A stretch of DNA of 64,000 nucleotides from Candidatus Shapirobacteria bacterium (lineage in GTDB: Bacteria > Patescibacteriota > Microgenomatia > UBA12405). Under the pieces are notes generated by a model. The model ran no database searches and was not told the DNA's origin. It saw only the letters and a program-made list of their open reading frames with translations. Shown here in pieces: positions 10,138-20,472 of this stretch (within the stretch, counting starts at the first letter, position 1; each line of letters starts with the position of its first letter). The translations under genes and the position numbers were made by a program. The DNA lies in the NCBI GenBank assembly GCA_028704635.1, contig JAQWFB010000002.1:64693-128692 (forward strand), given 5' to 3'.

Positions 10138-11367
10138 TCACTTGTTATGACACACCAAAGTCCTAATTTCTTCGCTTTTAAATATCTCTTTTGCCAAATC
10201 TTTAACCTCTTTAAAAGTCACTTTTTTATACTTCTCCAATTCTTCCTCTATTGTCTCTTCACTGTTTTCCAATAAAATCTTTTGCCCTACAAAACTAGAA
10301 ATAAAACTCGTTCTGTCCATTGCTAATTTAGTCTTACCCAAAAAATAGTCTTTAGCTCTCATTAATTCTTCTTCTTTAATTGATTCTGCAATTTTACCAA
10401 TCTCTTCTCTGACTATTTCCATTGCCTCATTTATTTTTTCCAGATTAACTCCAGACTGAATTGCCCAATAACCACCTTCCTTAAACAATTCTCCAACCGA
10501 CGACACATAATAAGCCAGAGCCTTCTCTTCTCTTATCCTACTATAAAGCCTAGAAGAGCTATTTCCGCCCATTACTATATCTAGTAACCTTAAAGCATGT
10601 TTTCTCTTATCGGACCATCCTAAAGCTGGTAAGCCCATACAAAAATGACCCTGTTCAAGCTCCTTTTTAATTGTCTTGTTTTTTTCTTTATTTAAAATTA
10701 ATTTAACCTCTGGCAAGACCAAATCATTTTTTAAAACACCACTAAAACTATCTTTTATACTTCCTTCTAAGCTTTCATCTACATCTCCACAAACTACTAC
10801 TACCATTTCTTCGGGGTTAAAAAATTTATTTTTATAATCAACAATTGTCTTTCTGTCAACATTCTTTATATCATTAACCTCACCCGCTATATTCCAACAA
10901 CCAATTTTTGAATCTCCATATAAAAAATTAGTAAATTCACCCCCCAATCCCATCATTGGGTTATCTTGATACATTCTGATCTCTTCAATTATTACTCCTC
11001 TTTCTTTTTTTGTTTCTTCTTTGTCATAAATTGAATTTAAAAGTATATCTGAAAGTAATTCTATTGCCCAAGTTGCATTTTCTTTTACTGTAGTCACATA
11101 ATAAGAAGTCATTTCATGCCCTGTCCCAGCATTGTAACCAGCACCCTTCGCATCAATTTCTGTATTAATTTGTTGTGCTGTTGGTCGCTTAACTGTTCCT
11201 TTAAAAGCCATATGCTCCAAAAAATGACTCAATCCAAATTCACCCTTACTTTCATATTTAGAACCTATTTTCAAAAAAACTTCAGTAGTTACCGACTTTA
11301 AACCCGGCAAAGGTACAATTACCCCTCTAATTCCATTATTTAATTTAAAGCTTTTTGTTTTATTCAT
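10138..11367 (-). CDS. M16-family (insulinase/pitrilysin-like) zinc peptidase.
   Basis: 409 aa containing the inverted zinc motif HFLEHMAFKGT (HxxEH) and a downstream catalytic Glu region. Confidence 0.85.
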   Translation of the reverse strand: MNKTKSFKLNNGIRGVIVPLPGLKSVTTEVFLKIGSKYESKGEFGLSHFLEHMAFKGTVKRPTAQQINTEIDAKGAGYNAGTGHEMTSYYVTTVKENATWAIELLSDILLNSIYDKEETKKERGVIIEEIRMYQDNPMMGLGGEFTNFLYGDSKIGCWNIAGEVNDIKNVDRKTIVDYKNKFFNPEEMVVVVCGDVDESLEGSIKDSFSGVLKNDLVLPEVKLILNKEKNKTIKKELEQGHFCMGLPALGWSDKRKHALRLLDIVMGGNSSSRLYSRIREEKALAYYVSSVGELFKEGGYWAIQSGVNLEKINEAMEIVREEIGKIAESIKEEELMRAKDYFLGKTKLAMDRTSFISSFVGQKILLENSEETIEEELEKYKKVTFKEVKDLAKEIFKSEEIRTLVCHNK

Positions 11368-11431
11368 ACTTTTCCGTCTTTAACTAATCCTCTTTTGATT
11401 AGCAAAAGAAATTAGTTTTTGCTTGATATAT

Positions 11432-13861
11432 TTATAGTTTTACTACAAGATTAACCATCTTACCAGGTATATATATCTCTTTAACTATATCATTTGTGCC
11501 TATCCACTTAATTATTTTCTCGTCTTTTTTAACTAAATCTAAAATTAAATCTTTGTTGTCGATTTTATCGGTCTCTATTTTTAATTCACTCCTTGTTTTA
11601 CCATTTATAGCTATCATTATCATGACTTCCTCTTCAATTAAATATTGAGGGTCAGTCTTTGGCCACTCAGCAACATGAACCGACCCTTCATTTTCCAATT
11701 TATACCATAATTCTTCTGCTATATACGGCGCAAACGGCGCTATTAACTTAACCAAAGTTTTTGTATCTTCCACTCCAATCTTATAACCGGATAAACTATT
11801 TAACAATTCCATCATTTGAGCAATAGCAGTGTTGTATTTGAACTGCTCATTCATCTCCGTAATGTTTTTAATTGTTTTATTTAGTATCACTTTAATTTCT
11901 CTATTTTTAGCAGTCTCACTTTCAGTCTGATTAATTTGTAGTTTAATAAACTGTTCAAATCTATCCAAAAATCTTTTAACTCCCATTAAAGTGTTTTCGT
12001 TCCAAGCCATAGTCGAATCAAATGGACCCATAAACATCATGTACATCCTCACCACATCAACTCCATATTTATCAGCTACTACTTCCGGCACAATCACATT
12101 GCCTTTAGATTTGCTCATTCTTTGATTATCTGGACCTAAAATTACTCCATGGGATAACCTTTTATAATAAGGCTCCGGTTGTTCTTTTGGCACCACTCCC
12201 AAATCCCACAAAAATTTATAAATAAACCGTGAATAAAGCAAATGAAGGACATTGTGTTCATCTCCTCCAATGTAAACATCAACTGGGCACCAATATTTCA
12301 TCAATTCTTGACTAGCTAGAACTGTATCATTATGTGGATCAATATATCTCAAAAAATACCAATCACTACCAGCCCAGTTTGGCATAGTATCTGTTTCTCT
12401 TTCCGCCTCTCCGCCACACTTTGGACATTTAGTTTTTACAAAACTTTCAATTTTTGATAACGGACTTTTACCGTCATCGGTCGGTTCATATGCTCCCACT
12501 TCTGGTAATACAATTGGCAACTGTTCTTCTGATACCGGCACCCAACCACACTCTGGACAATTAACCATTGGTATTGGTTCCCCCCAATAATGCTGTCTGG
12601 AAAATATCCAATCCCTTAAATGATAAGACGATGTTTTTTCTCCAATCCCTTTTTCCGAAATCCACTCAATCATTTTTTTAATTGCTTCTTTTTTATTTAA
12701 ACCATTTAAAAACTCTGAATTTAATACTTTATTATTTTTTTCATCATAGACACTAATTATTTCTAAACCAAATTTTTTAGCAAATTCTTCATCCCTTTCA
12801 TCATGAGCTGGGACGGACATAATTGCTCCAGTTCCATAACTTGCTAAAACAAAATCAGAAATCCAAATTGGAATTTCTTTACCATTAGCTGGATTAATTG
12901 CATATAATCTTGAGAACACTCCGGTTTTATCTTTGGAAAGTTCCGTTCTTTCTAAATCTGATTTTTTTCTTGTTTCACTAATATATTTTTTAATTTCTTC
13001 ATTATTTTTTGCCATTTCCAATGCTAATTCATGTTCTGGTGCTATCACCATAAACGTGGCTCCAAACAACGTATCCGGTCTAGTTGTAAACACCTCAAGA
13101 TAATCTGTAGAGACGCCATGCATGGCGTCTCTACTACTTGATGAACTTGACAAACTTTTAACTTTAAACTTTATTTTGGCTCCTTCTGATTTTCCAATCC
13201 AATTAATCTGAGCTTGTTTTACTTTTTCAATAAAATTAGTTTTTTCTAACCCCTCAATTAATTTATCAGCATATTCTGTTATTCTAACCACCCATTGGGA
13301 AATATTTCTTCGGCTCACTTCTGATCCACATCTCTCACATTTTCCATCCACCACTTCTTCATTTGCTAAACCAATCTTACAACTCGGACACCAATTAATC
13401 GGCATTTCTTTTTTATATGCCAACCCCTTATTAAATAGTTGAATAAAAATCCATTGAGTCCATTTATAATAACTCGGATCAGTTGTATTCACTTCCCGAC
13501 TCCAATCAAACGAAAAAGCCAAATCCTTCATCTGTTTTCTAAACATATCTGTATTCTCTTTAGTTACTTCTTGCGGTTTTCTTTTCATCTTAATTGCATA
13601 ATTTTCTGTCGGCAATCCAAACGCATCCCAGCCCATTGGAAATAAAACATTTTCTCCTTGCATTCTTTTAAACCGGGCATAAACATCTCCCCCTGTAAAA
13701 CTAAAAGCATGACCCACATGAAGACCACTGCCACTTGGATATGGAAATTCAACTAAAATATATTTCTTATTTTTTTCGGAATCATTATCTGCCTGATAAA
13801 GCTCAGAGTGTTCTTCCCAAAATTTCCCCCATTTATTTTCTATTTCCCTAAAATTTTCCAT
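11432..13861 (-). CDS. leuS: Leucine--tRNA ligase.
   Basis: 809 aa with P.PSG.LHVGHA (HIGH motif), FPMGWDAFGLP, a KMSKS-equivalent (SKSKGN) and a class-I editing-domain layout. It contains a poly-Ser insertion (SLSSSSSSRD). Confidence 0.95.
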   Translation of the reverse strand: MENFREIENKWGKFWEEHSELYQADNDSEKNKKYILVEFPYPSGSGLHVGHAFSFTGGDVYARFKRMQGENVLFPMGWDAFGLPTENYAIKMKRKPQEVTKENTDMFRKQMKDLAFSFDWSREVNTTDPSYYKWTQWIFIQLFNKGLAYKKEMPINWCPSCKIGLANEEVVDGKCERCGSEVSRRNISQWVVRITEYADKLIEGLEKTNFIEKVKQAQINWIGKSEGAKIKFKVKSLSSSSSSRDAMHGVSTDYLEVFTTRPDTLFGATFMVIAPEHELALEMAKNNEEIKKYISETRKKSDLERTELSKDKTGVFSRLYAINPANGKEIPIWISDFVLASYGTGAIMSVPAHDERDEEFAKKFGLEIISVYDEKNNKVLNSEFLNGLNKKEAIKKMIEWISEKGIGEKTSSYHLRDWIFSRQHYWGEPIPMVNCPECGWVPVSEEQLPIVLPEVGAYEPTDDGKSPLSKIESFVKTKCPKCGGEAERETDTMPNWAGSDWYFLRYIDPHNDTVLASQELMKYWCPVDVYIGGDEHNVLHLLYSRFIYKFLWDLGVVPKEQPEPYYKRLSHGVILGPDNQRMSKSKGNVIVPEVVADKYGVDVVRMYMMFMGPFDSTMAWNENTLMGVKRFLDRFEQFIKLQINQTESETAKNREIKVILNKTIKNITEMNEQFKYNTAIAQMMELLNSLSGYKIGVEDTKTLVKLIAPFAPYIAEELWYKLENEGSVHVAEWPKTDPQYLIEEEVMIMIAINGKTRSELKIETDKIDNKDLILDLVKKDEKIIKWIGTNDIVKEIYIPGKMVNLVVKL

Positions 13862-13914
13862 AGATTATTTTACTACAAAAAATTTTTTTTAATGATACTA
13901 TCATAATAGTATCC

Positions 13915-14913
13915 ATGTCTTTACCAACTAAAAAAATAATTATCACCTCTTCGGTTGTTTTGGCAAGTTTTGTAATAGGTGTTATTGCTTCACCTTATAT
14001 CCTCACTTCAACTCCACAATTAAGTAAAGAAATACGCAAAAACTTCAACTATCAATTTATAAACCCTTTATTAGAATGCGAAAGTTCGACTATCAGCCAA
14101 GATCCAAATTTAACCTCATTAAAACAATCTATTCAGTTTATTATCGATCAGGAAGTTAATAACAAAAAAATTTCATTTGGATCAGTTTACTATCGCGATT
14201 TAAATAATGGACCTTGGATTGGCATTAATGCTAATGAATATTTTTCTCCAGCCAGTCTCATTAAAGTACCAGTTATGATGGCCTATTTCAAAGCTGCTGA
14301 AAATGATTCCTCCATTCTAACTAAAAAAATTATTAACAATAAAACTTTTGACTACAGTCAACAAAACATTACTCCTACTCAAACTTTAGAAATAGATAAA
14401 GAATATACTATCGAAGATTTAATTGAACGTATGATTATTTACTCTGACAATGCCGCTTACGAATTACTTCTAGATAATATTGACAATATGAAAATTTATA
14501 AAGTCTATCAAGATCTCGATGTTGATATTTCCAAAGCCCAAAACGATCCCAACGGCGACATTATTACTGTCAAAGATTATGCCTCTTTCTTCCGTATTCT
14601 ATTCAATGCCTCATATTTAGACCAAGGCATGTCTGAAAAAGCTCTTACTCTTTTAAGTAAAAGTCAATACTATAAAGGTCTAGTCGCTGGCGTTCCTGAA
14701 AATATTACCATTGCTCATAAATTTGGCGAACGTCAATTTTTACCTAGTCATGAAAAACAACTTCATGATTGTGGTATTATTTATCTTCCAAACAAACCTT
14801 ATCTTCTTTGCATCATGAGCCGTGCTGATGATTTTGATCAAGCCGCTGGTTTTATTAAGCAAGTTTCAAAAGTTGTCTATGATGAAGTTTCTAAAAATGC
14901 AAATCCGCAGTAG
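13915..14913 (+). CDS. Class-A beta-lactamase-like / penicillin-binding serine hydrolase with an N-terminal anchor.
   Basis: 332 aa with an N-terminal TM helix. It carries S-x-x-K (PASLIKV), SDN (YSDN) and a KTG-like triad (HKFGE), the three motifs of the class A serine beta-lactamase fold. Confidence 0.6.
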   Translation: MSLPTKKIIITSSVVLASFVIGVIASPYILTSTPQLSKEIRKNFNYQFINPLLECESSTISQDPNLTSLKQSIQFIIDQEVNNKKISFGSVYYRDLNNGPWIGINANEYFSPASLIKVPVMMAYFKAAENDSSILTKKIINNKTFDYSQQNITPTQTLEIDKEYTIEDLIERMIIYSDNAAYELLLDNIDNMKIYKVYQDLDVDISKAQNDPNGDIITVKDYASFFRILFNASYLDQGMSEKALTLLSKSQYYKGLVAGVPENITIAHKFGERQFLPSHEKQLHDCGIIYLPNKPYLLCIMSRADDFDQAAGFIKQVSKVVYDEVSKNANPQ

Positions 14914-15664
14914 AAATTTCTCCATTCAGGTCAGTTCTCCAAATTTCAACTCCTTTCTCTTTTAGTTTATTTAACACTTCTTTTGTTGGATGACCAAATT
15001 TATTTTTTGCTCCCACACTAATCACTGCTATTTTCGGTTTTAATAACTCTAACAATTCTTTACTTGTCCCATTTTTTGATCCATGATGACTCACCTTTAA
15101 AATATTTACCGTTCCGGAATCTTGACGAAGAACGGTTTGCCAAACTAATCTTTGTTCTGTTTCTAAATCAATATCCGCCGCCATAAAAACTTTAATTTCT
15201 TTTTTTAATTTAGTGTCATAAAATTTTAAAATACCCGCAATCGCATTTTCATTATTATCTTTCTCTTCTTTTACTTTTTCTCTCGGATTGACCACCTCAA
15301 ATTCCATCCAATTAGTCTTAATTAAATCAAATTGACTCACTTTTTTTGAATCAATTATTTGTTCAATTTGATAAAATTTAGACACATCTGTTAACCCTCC
15401 ACTATGATCATTATCCCCATGAGTAATCATTACCACTTCAATTTTTTTATCCCAAAATGGCACATTTTTTTCCAAACAAGTTAATACTCTTTTATTATTC
15501 GGACCCGTATCAATTAACATCTGCCAGTTTTTATAAGTCACCAAAGTTGCATCCCCTTGCCCCACATCACAAAAAATCACATTCACTTTTTGCGACGGCA
15601 ACGTCAACCAAAATATCACTACCAAAGCCATTAATGACAAAAATAAAATAATTCTAATTTTCAT
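14891..15664 (-). CDS. comEC: ComEC/Rec2 C-terminal metallo-beta-lactamase-fold domain, encoded as a separate ORF.
   Basis: 257 aa. An N-terminal signal/TM is followed by FCDVGQGDATLV...ITHGDNDHSGGL (MBL HxHxDH-type motif characteristic of the ComEC MBL domain). Confidence 0.7.
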   Translation of the reverse strand: MKIRIILFLSLMALVVIFWLTLPSQKVNVIFCDVGQGDATLVTYKNWQMLIDTGPNNKRVLTCLEKNVPFWDKKIEVVMITHGDNDHSGGLTDVSKFYQIEQIIDSKKVSQFDLIKTNWMEFEVVNPREKVKEEKDNNENAIAGILKFYDTKLKKEIKVFMAADIDLETEQRLVWQTVLRQDSGTVNILKVSHHGSKNGTSKELLELLKPKIAVISVGAKNKFGHPTKEVLNKLKEKGVEIWRTDLNGEISTADLHF

Positions 15665-15760
15665 AAATTATATTTGGCGAGATTGTATTTTTCCGCGCGC
15701 AACATCCGAGGTGCACTACCGAAGGGCGTGAGCACGGCAAAAATATTATCGAGCCAATAA
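15665..15760. other. GC-rich 96-nt spacer between the two comEC fragments. Possibly a structured RNA or an insertion scar.
   Basis: ...ttccgcgcgcaacatccgaggtgcactaccgaagggcgtgagcacggc... is about 55% GC inside a roughly 30% GC context. No ORF covers it. Confidence 0.35.
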
Positions 15761-16756
15761 TCATAATTCGTGACGAGAATTTTTAAACAAAAAATAAATT
15801 AATAACAAATACCAACCAATCAACCAAATCCAATTAAATTTTATTTCCACACTCGCCCAAGATAAATTCCCTAATCCCTCTACTATTAATAGTATGTACT
15901 TCAACAAAGGAAAACTTAGCCACAAAATTATCTTTCCCAAAACCGGCACGATTAATCCCAATACACCTCCCAATACCCCCAATATTGTGATTATCTCTAT
16001 TAAAAATAAAATTAAAAAATTAGTTATTGGCGCCACCAAACTCATTTTTCCAAACAACATTACTAAAATTGGCAACAGCCATAAACTCACCCAAAACGAA
16101 TTCCATAAATCACTCCACCATTTTCTTTCTTTTCGAAAATTTAAAACCACCGCTCCAAACGCCACAAAACTCAAATAAAAACTGGCACTAAACAACACCC
16201 GATAATCAGCCAAAACCATAATTAAAATTATTAAAATTACAGCCCGCCCTAAATCAAATTTTCTTCCCAACAATTGAGCCCAATAAAACAAACTCATTAA
16301 TAAAAAAGCTCTCACTGCTGGTATTTCAAATCCCACCCAGTTCATATAAATCAAAATCATTCCAAATCCAAAAATAATCGCTTTCTTTCTACCCGTCCAA
16401 CTCGCCAATCTCTCCACTAATCCTCGGAACACTAAAACAATATTTGTTCCACTCACCACCATAATATGAATCACTCCACTATCTCTAAAATTTGCAATCA
16501 TATTTTTATCAAAATTATTTTGATCACCAAACACCATCCCTGCCATTAACGCCGCCTCTCTCGGCGGCAAATTTTTAAAAATCACCCCAATCAAACTATC
16601 TTTATCTATAAACTTATAAATCAAAATAAAACATAAAATAAATAGGGCAGGCACAAGACCTGCCCCTACTTTTTGTAAGGGCGACTCTTGTGGTCGCCCC
16701 TTCATCAAATCATAATTGGATATCATTCTTAATTTTTTCAAACATCTTATCCCCAA
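15761..16756 (-). CDS. comEC: ComEC/Rec2 polytopic membrane 'Competence' domain. The start is uncertain because the annotated N-terminus runs through two REP hairpins.
   Basis: 331 aa, multi-TM, containing FRDSGVIHIMVVSGTNI (Competence-domain core). The annotated first 35 codons overlap the comEA 3' end and translate two palindromes, so the real start is probably downstream, for example Met71 at 16546. Confidence 0.7.
   Translation of the reverse strand: MGIRCLKKLRMISNYDLMKGRPQESPLQKVGAGLVPALFILCFILIYKFIDKDSLIGVIFKNLPPREAALMAGMVFGDQNNFDKNMIANFRDSGVIHIMVVSGTNIVLVFRGLVERLASWTGRKKAIIFGFGMILIYMNWVGFEIPAVRAFLLMSLFYWAQLLGRKFDLGRAVILIILIMVLADYRVLFSASFYLSFVAFGAVVLNFRKERKWWSDLWNSFWVSLWLLPILVMLFGKMSLVAPITNFLILFLIEIITILGVLGGVLGLIVPVLGKIILWLSFPLLKYILLIVEGLGNLSWASVEIKFNWIWLIGWYLLLIYFLFKNSRHEL
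16643..16701. repeat. Two tandem REP-like hairpins (family 1 variants).
   Basis: TAGGGCAGG-cacaagac-CCTGCCCCTAC followed by AAGGGCGAC-tcttgtg-GTCGCCCCTT, sitting between comEA and comEC. Confidence 0.75.
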
Positions 16757-17318
16757 TTCCCGGCACTAATTTAATTTCTTCAATACTTTTAAATCCCCCA
16801 TTTTCAGTCCGATAATCAATAATTCTTTGAGCAATCGATGGACCGACTCCATTTAATGCATCCAAATCTTCCAAACTTGCCGTGTTTATTCGAATTATGT
16901 TTTTGGTTGTACTTACCCCCAATATCACTTTTTCATCATCAACAACATTGGGAATATAAATTTTCTGACCATCATAAAGTTTTTCCGCTCTATTTAAATT
17001 TTTATCTATCCAAGTTAAATTAGCCTTGCTCCCTAAACCTCCCGCCATCGCAATCGCATCATCTAAAATTGCTCCATTTTCTAATTTATATACCCCTGGA
17101 TTTACCACCTCACCCGATATATCAATCGTTACCTCATTATTAATTTGTGTATCATTTTTCTCCGTTGACCCAACATTATTTGACACTATTTCTGTTTTAC
17201 CTTTTTCCATAAATTGATCTCTAAAATTTATTCCAATTCCTAAAATAACCAACAAAAAACCCAATACTAATAACCCATCAACTATTTTTAAATTCTGTAT
17301 ATTTTTTAACAAATCCAC
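16710..17318 (-). CDS. comEA: Competence protein ComEA (helix-hairpin-helix DNA receptor).
   Basis: 202 aa with an N-terminal TM, an SLBB-like middle part and a C-terminal INTASLEDLDALNGVGPSIAQRIIDYR...LVPGIGDKMFEKI (tandem HhH). Confidence 0.85.
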   Translation of the reverse strand: MDLLKNIQNLKIVDGLLVLGFLLVILGIGINFRDQFMEKGKTEIVSNNVGSTEKNDTQINNEVTIDISGEVVNPGVYKLENGAILDDAIAMAGGLGSKANLTWIDKNLNRAEKLYDGQKIYIPNVVDDEKVILGVSTTKNIIRINTASLEDLDALNGVGPSIAQRIIDYRTENGGFKSIEEIKLVPGIGDKMFEKIKNDIQL

Positions 17319-17420
17319 TCACCAACAATATCTACCTTTTATTAAAAAAAAATAAAAAAGTTATGTTAAAATACACCAATTGTTCAAAAGCGAACCTTAA
17401 AAACCAAAAAAGAAAGGAGA

Positions 17421-17719
17421 TTTTAGAAATGGCACAAAAAGTATTTATTATTTATCTCTCAAAAAACCATACCCCACTCGCATTTTCAGAAATAATTCAA
17501 CCAACAAATTCTTATGAAGAGAAAATTGCAAATATCAAAAATTTTCTTGAAAAAGAAAATCTCGATATTAAACAAGTTAAAGGATGTTCAAATATATCTG
17601 GAGCAATAGAAGCGTTTTCTATGGTTACTTTAGATTATATTGAGTTCTACAATATAACCAGTAATAGTGGTTTTTGTTCACCTTTTACCATTTGGAAATA
17701 TTTTGAATATCGAGAGTGA
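17421..17719 (+). CDS. Small hypothetical protein, paralog 1 of a tandem pair.
   Basis: An ATG is preceded by AAAGGAGA. The sequence EEKIANIKNFLEKENLDIKQVKG is shared with the next ORF. Confidence 0.5.
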
Positions 17720-17755
17720 ACTCAAAAAAACAATAATGAAAGGAGTGAGTATAGT

Positions 17756-18053
17756 GATGGACATAATTAATAAACTTTTTATTACCGTCTTTTATCCAGA
17801 AGACTCTATCCCTACTGGTTTTACGGAAGTAACCAAACCAGAAAATTTTTCTGTTGATGAAAAAATCGAAAATATCAAAAATTTTCTCGGCAAAACAGAA
17901 CTCGACATCAGATCATTTGATGACAAAGGTTTCACCCTTATAATTCTAAGCGGCGAGGATTTTGTCAACATTATCAATAACAGTACAACGATATGTAACA
18001 ATTTTTTTCAGCCTTGGCATATGTTCCCATCTAAAATAAACCTGGCAAAATAA
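17756..18053 (+). CDS. Small hypothetical protein, paralog 2.
   Basis: An ATG is preceded by AAAGGAGTGA. The sequence DEKIENIKNFLGKTELDIRSFDDKG aligns with paralog 1. Confidence 0.5.
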
Positions 18054-18070
18054 ACCATCAATTATATTGG

Positions 18071-18110
18071 CCTCAACGGTAATCAATAAACACCGTTGGG
18101 GCTTTTTCTT
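18071..18110 (+). terminator. Rho-independent terminator candidate.
   Basis: Stem CCTCAACGGT / ACCGTTGGGG with an 11-nt loop, followed by CTTTTTCTT. Confidence 0.5.
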
Positions 18111-18156
18111 GTCCAAAAACTTGATACTTTCTATAAAATAACCGATACTATTAATA

Positions 18157-18798
18157 ATGCCTCAAATAATTAGTATTATTTTATTCTTTTTGGTTTCTGT
18201 TTTTTCCTTTCTCTTTTCCATTTCCAATTACCTTTATTTCGCCCCTCAATTAATTGCTATCACTTCCATCGCTATTTTAATTCTTTATTTCACTAAAAAA
18301 ACCTTTTCTCTCCACTTAGTTGCTCTTCTAATTAATATCATCATCTTCTCTACTAATGGTCTTAATTCTCCTTTTTTCTTTCTTATCTATTTCTTTCTCT
18401 TTATTATTGCCTTTCAAAATCCTTCCTCCTCAACTTTAACTTATTCTCTTTTTCTAGTTCTAATACTATCACAATCACTCAATTCCTTTAATTCTGTTAT
18501 TACCCTTTCTTCTTTATTACTTATAACTCCACTGGCCTGGTTTATGGGTAAACAATTTTCTGAAAAAACCAAAAATGAAGAAATTATTACCGAAGATGAA
18601 ACTGATGTTTTACTTTGGCATTCTCTTAAATTAAAAACCGGTCTTTATCAAATTATCGATTCCAGTTCTGAAATTTTATCGACCCCTCTTACTCCCACCC
18701 AAAAAAACCAAATTCATAAAATTAAAGAATCAGCTAAATCACTTCTACATTCTTCCGATAAATTAACTGCATCAATCGACAATGAATCAGATGACTAA
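18157..18798 (+). CDS. Polytopic membrane protein, hypothetical.
   Basis: 213 aa with five or six hydrophobic helices and a polar C-terminal tail. Confidence 0.5.
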   Translation: MPQIISIILFFLVSVFSFLFSISNYLYFAPQLIAITSIAILILYFTKKTFSLHLVALLINIIIFSTNGLNSPFFFLIYFFLFIIAFQNPSSSTLTYSLFLVLILSQSLNSFNSVITLSSLLLITPLAWFMGKQFSEKTKNEEIITEDETDVLLWHSLKLKTGLYQIIDSSSEILSTPLTPTQKNQIHKIKESAKSLLHSSDKLTASIDNESDD

Positions 18799-19603
18799 AC
18801 CCCCTTCCACTTCGTGGCATTCCCCCTCAACGAGGGGGAAAATCTTATCCTCTTTTTTTAAGGGAGGAAGTTTCGCAATTACGAAACAGGTGGGTTTGTT
18901 CATTATTTTTTTACTTACGATCTACTATCTACGACCTAACACCTCACTTGCCCAAACTTTTGATTCCGCCAGTTACCATATCGATTTTGGTAATTTCAAT
19001 ATGACCTCCGGCAGAAAAACTTCTACTAATTACACCCTCACCGACACCGTTGGTCAAAATGCCCCAGGTCGATATGACAATGTTGGTTATGTTCTTAAAG
19101 CTGGTTTTCAGTATCTTTATGAAAGCGGTATTCCTTTGTCTTTTGAAATTAGTAACACTGATTTAAATTTTGGCTCCCTTACTCCTAATATTGGCTCAAC
19201 TGTTACGAATACTTTAACCATCAGTACTCCAACCGGACACGGTTATGATGTTCTTGCCATTGCTAACCACCCTTTAAAATCTCTTGGAAATACTATTCCC
19301 GATACTAAATGTGATTCTAGTTCTTGTTCTGAATCTGTTTCTGGAGTTTGGACCAATAATTCCACTTACGGCTTTGGTTTTAATGCTAATGGTGATGGCA
19401 CTTCCAGTTACTTCACTAATACCACTTACTTCCGTCAATTTGCTGACAATTCTTCCGGCGAAACTGCCAAAATTTTAATGTCTGAACCAACTCGAGTCAA
19501 AGATCATTCCTCTCTCATCACTTATAAAATAAATATTTCTCCCCTCCAAGCCGCCGGTACTTATGAAAATTCTATTAATTTTATTGCTGTTCCTAAATAT
19601 TAA
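18782..19603 (+). CDS. Secreted surface protein with a conserved C-terminal AGTYENSINFIAV motif. The true start is probably near GTG 18886.
   Basis: 273 aa. A signal-anchor (FIIFLLTIYYL) is followed by a Thr/Asn-rich beta-rich body. The C-terminal motif is shared with ORF 23770..25179. Confidence 0.5.
   Translation: MNQMTKPPSTSWHSPSTRGKILSSFFKGGSFAITKQVGLFIIFLLTIYYLRPNTSLAQTFDSASYHIDFGNFNMTSGRKTSTNYTLTDTVGQNAPGRYDNVGYVLKAGFQYLYESGIPLSFEISNTDLNFGSLTPNIGSTVTNTLTISTPTGHGYDVLAIANHPLKSLGNTIPDTKCDSSSCSESVSGVWTNNSTYGFGFNANGDGTSSYFTNTTYFRQFADNSSGETAKILMSEPTRVKDHSSLITYKINISPLQAAGTYENSINFIAVPKY
18822..18860 (+). terminator. Hairpin plus T-tract, a possible terminator of the preceding gene. It lies inside the annotated 5' end of the next ORF.
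   Basis: CCCCCTC-aac-GAGGGGG followed by aaaatcttatccTCTTTTTTT. Confidence 0.35.
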
Positions 19604-19608
19604 CCTCT

Positions 19609-20472
19609 ATGCCCAACTTTAATCTAACTCTCTCTCCAGCTCAAATCGAATTTGTTTTAAAACCAGGAGTCACTATTATTCAAGCCTATAATGTCATCAA
19701 CGATTCTGGTTCATCAATTACCCTCAACACTGAAGTTTTACCCTGGATTCCCAGCGGCACCAACGGCTCTGTTAATTATAATCAAGCCGTCAATAACTCC
19801 AATATTGAATTTTCCCTTAACAATGCCAATATCCAACTCGGTCAACCCTTTACTTTAGCCGCTAATTCTAAACAACAATTAGTTTTAAAAATCAAAACTA
19901 ATTCAACAATACCACTGTCCGATAATTATTACACCTTTTTCGTTTTTCAAGATCAAAATATCACTACCGCTTCCAAGGATAACTTTAGCCAAGCTAGCGG
20001 TAAAATTGGCTCCCATCTTTTATTGACTGTTTCTGACACCGAAAACCCAAAAGTCGCCTCTGAAATTCAATCTTTTTCCATTTCTCCAAAAATCAAAGAT
20101 ATCTTTTTTAATCCCATCACTTTTGAAGGAAAAATAAAAAATAATTCCGATTTCTTTTTTAAGACTAACGGTAAAATTACCATCACTAAAAATGACCAAA
20201 TTATTAAAGAATTAGAACTAAGCCCTGATAATGTTTTAAACCATCACAGTCGAGATATTTTCTGTACTGATCAAACCACCTGTCAAATAAACCCACCTTT
20301 TTGGCCCGGTCATTATAAAGTTACTGCCACTCTCGATTCCTCTCTCAATGCCAAATCATATGAAACTTCATTTTACGTTTTGCCAATTTCTCCTGTTTTA
20401 TTTATATTACTCGTCGTCGGCCTGATTTTCGGGGTCAGAAAATTCAAATCAAAACCAATTCCTAAAATTTAA
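19609..20472 (+). CDS. Cell-surface protein with a C-terminal TM anchor and basic tail (DUF916/DUF3324-like architecture).
   Basis: 287 aa. An N-terminal beta-rich domain is followed by a C-terminal TM (VLFILLVVGLIFGV) and RKFKSKPIPKI. It pairs with the upstream secreted protein. The assignment rests on architecture, not a motif match. Confidence 0.45.
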   Translation: MPNFNLTLSPAQIEFVLKPGVTIIQAYNVINDSGSSITLNTEVLPWIPSGTNGSVNYNQAVNNSNIEFSLNNANIQLGQPFTLAANSKQQLVLKIKTNSTIPLSDNYYTFFVFQDQNITTASKDNFSQASGKIGSHLLLTVSDTENPKVASEIQSFSISPKIKDIFFNPITFEGKIKNNSDFFFKTNGKITITKNDQIIKELELSPDNVLNHHSRDIFCTDQTTCQINPPFWPGHYKVTATLDSSLNAKSYETSFYVLPISPVLFILLVVGLIFGVRKFKSKPIPKI

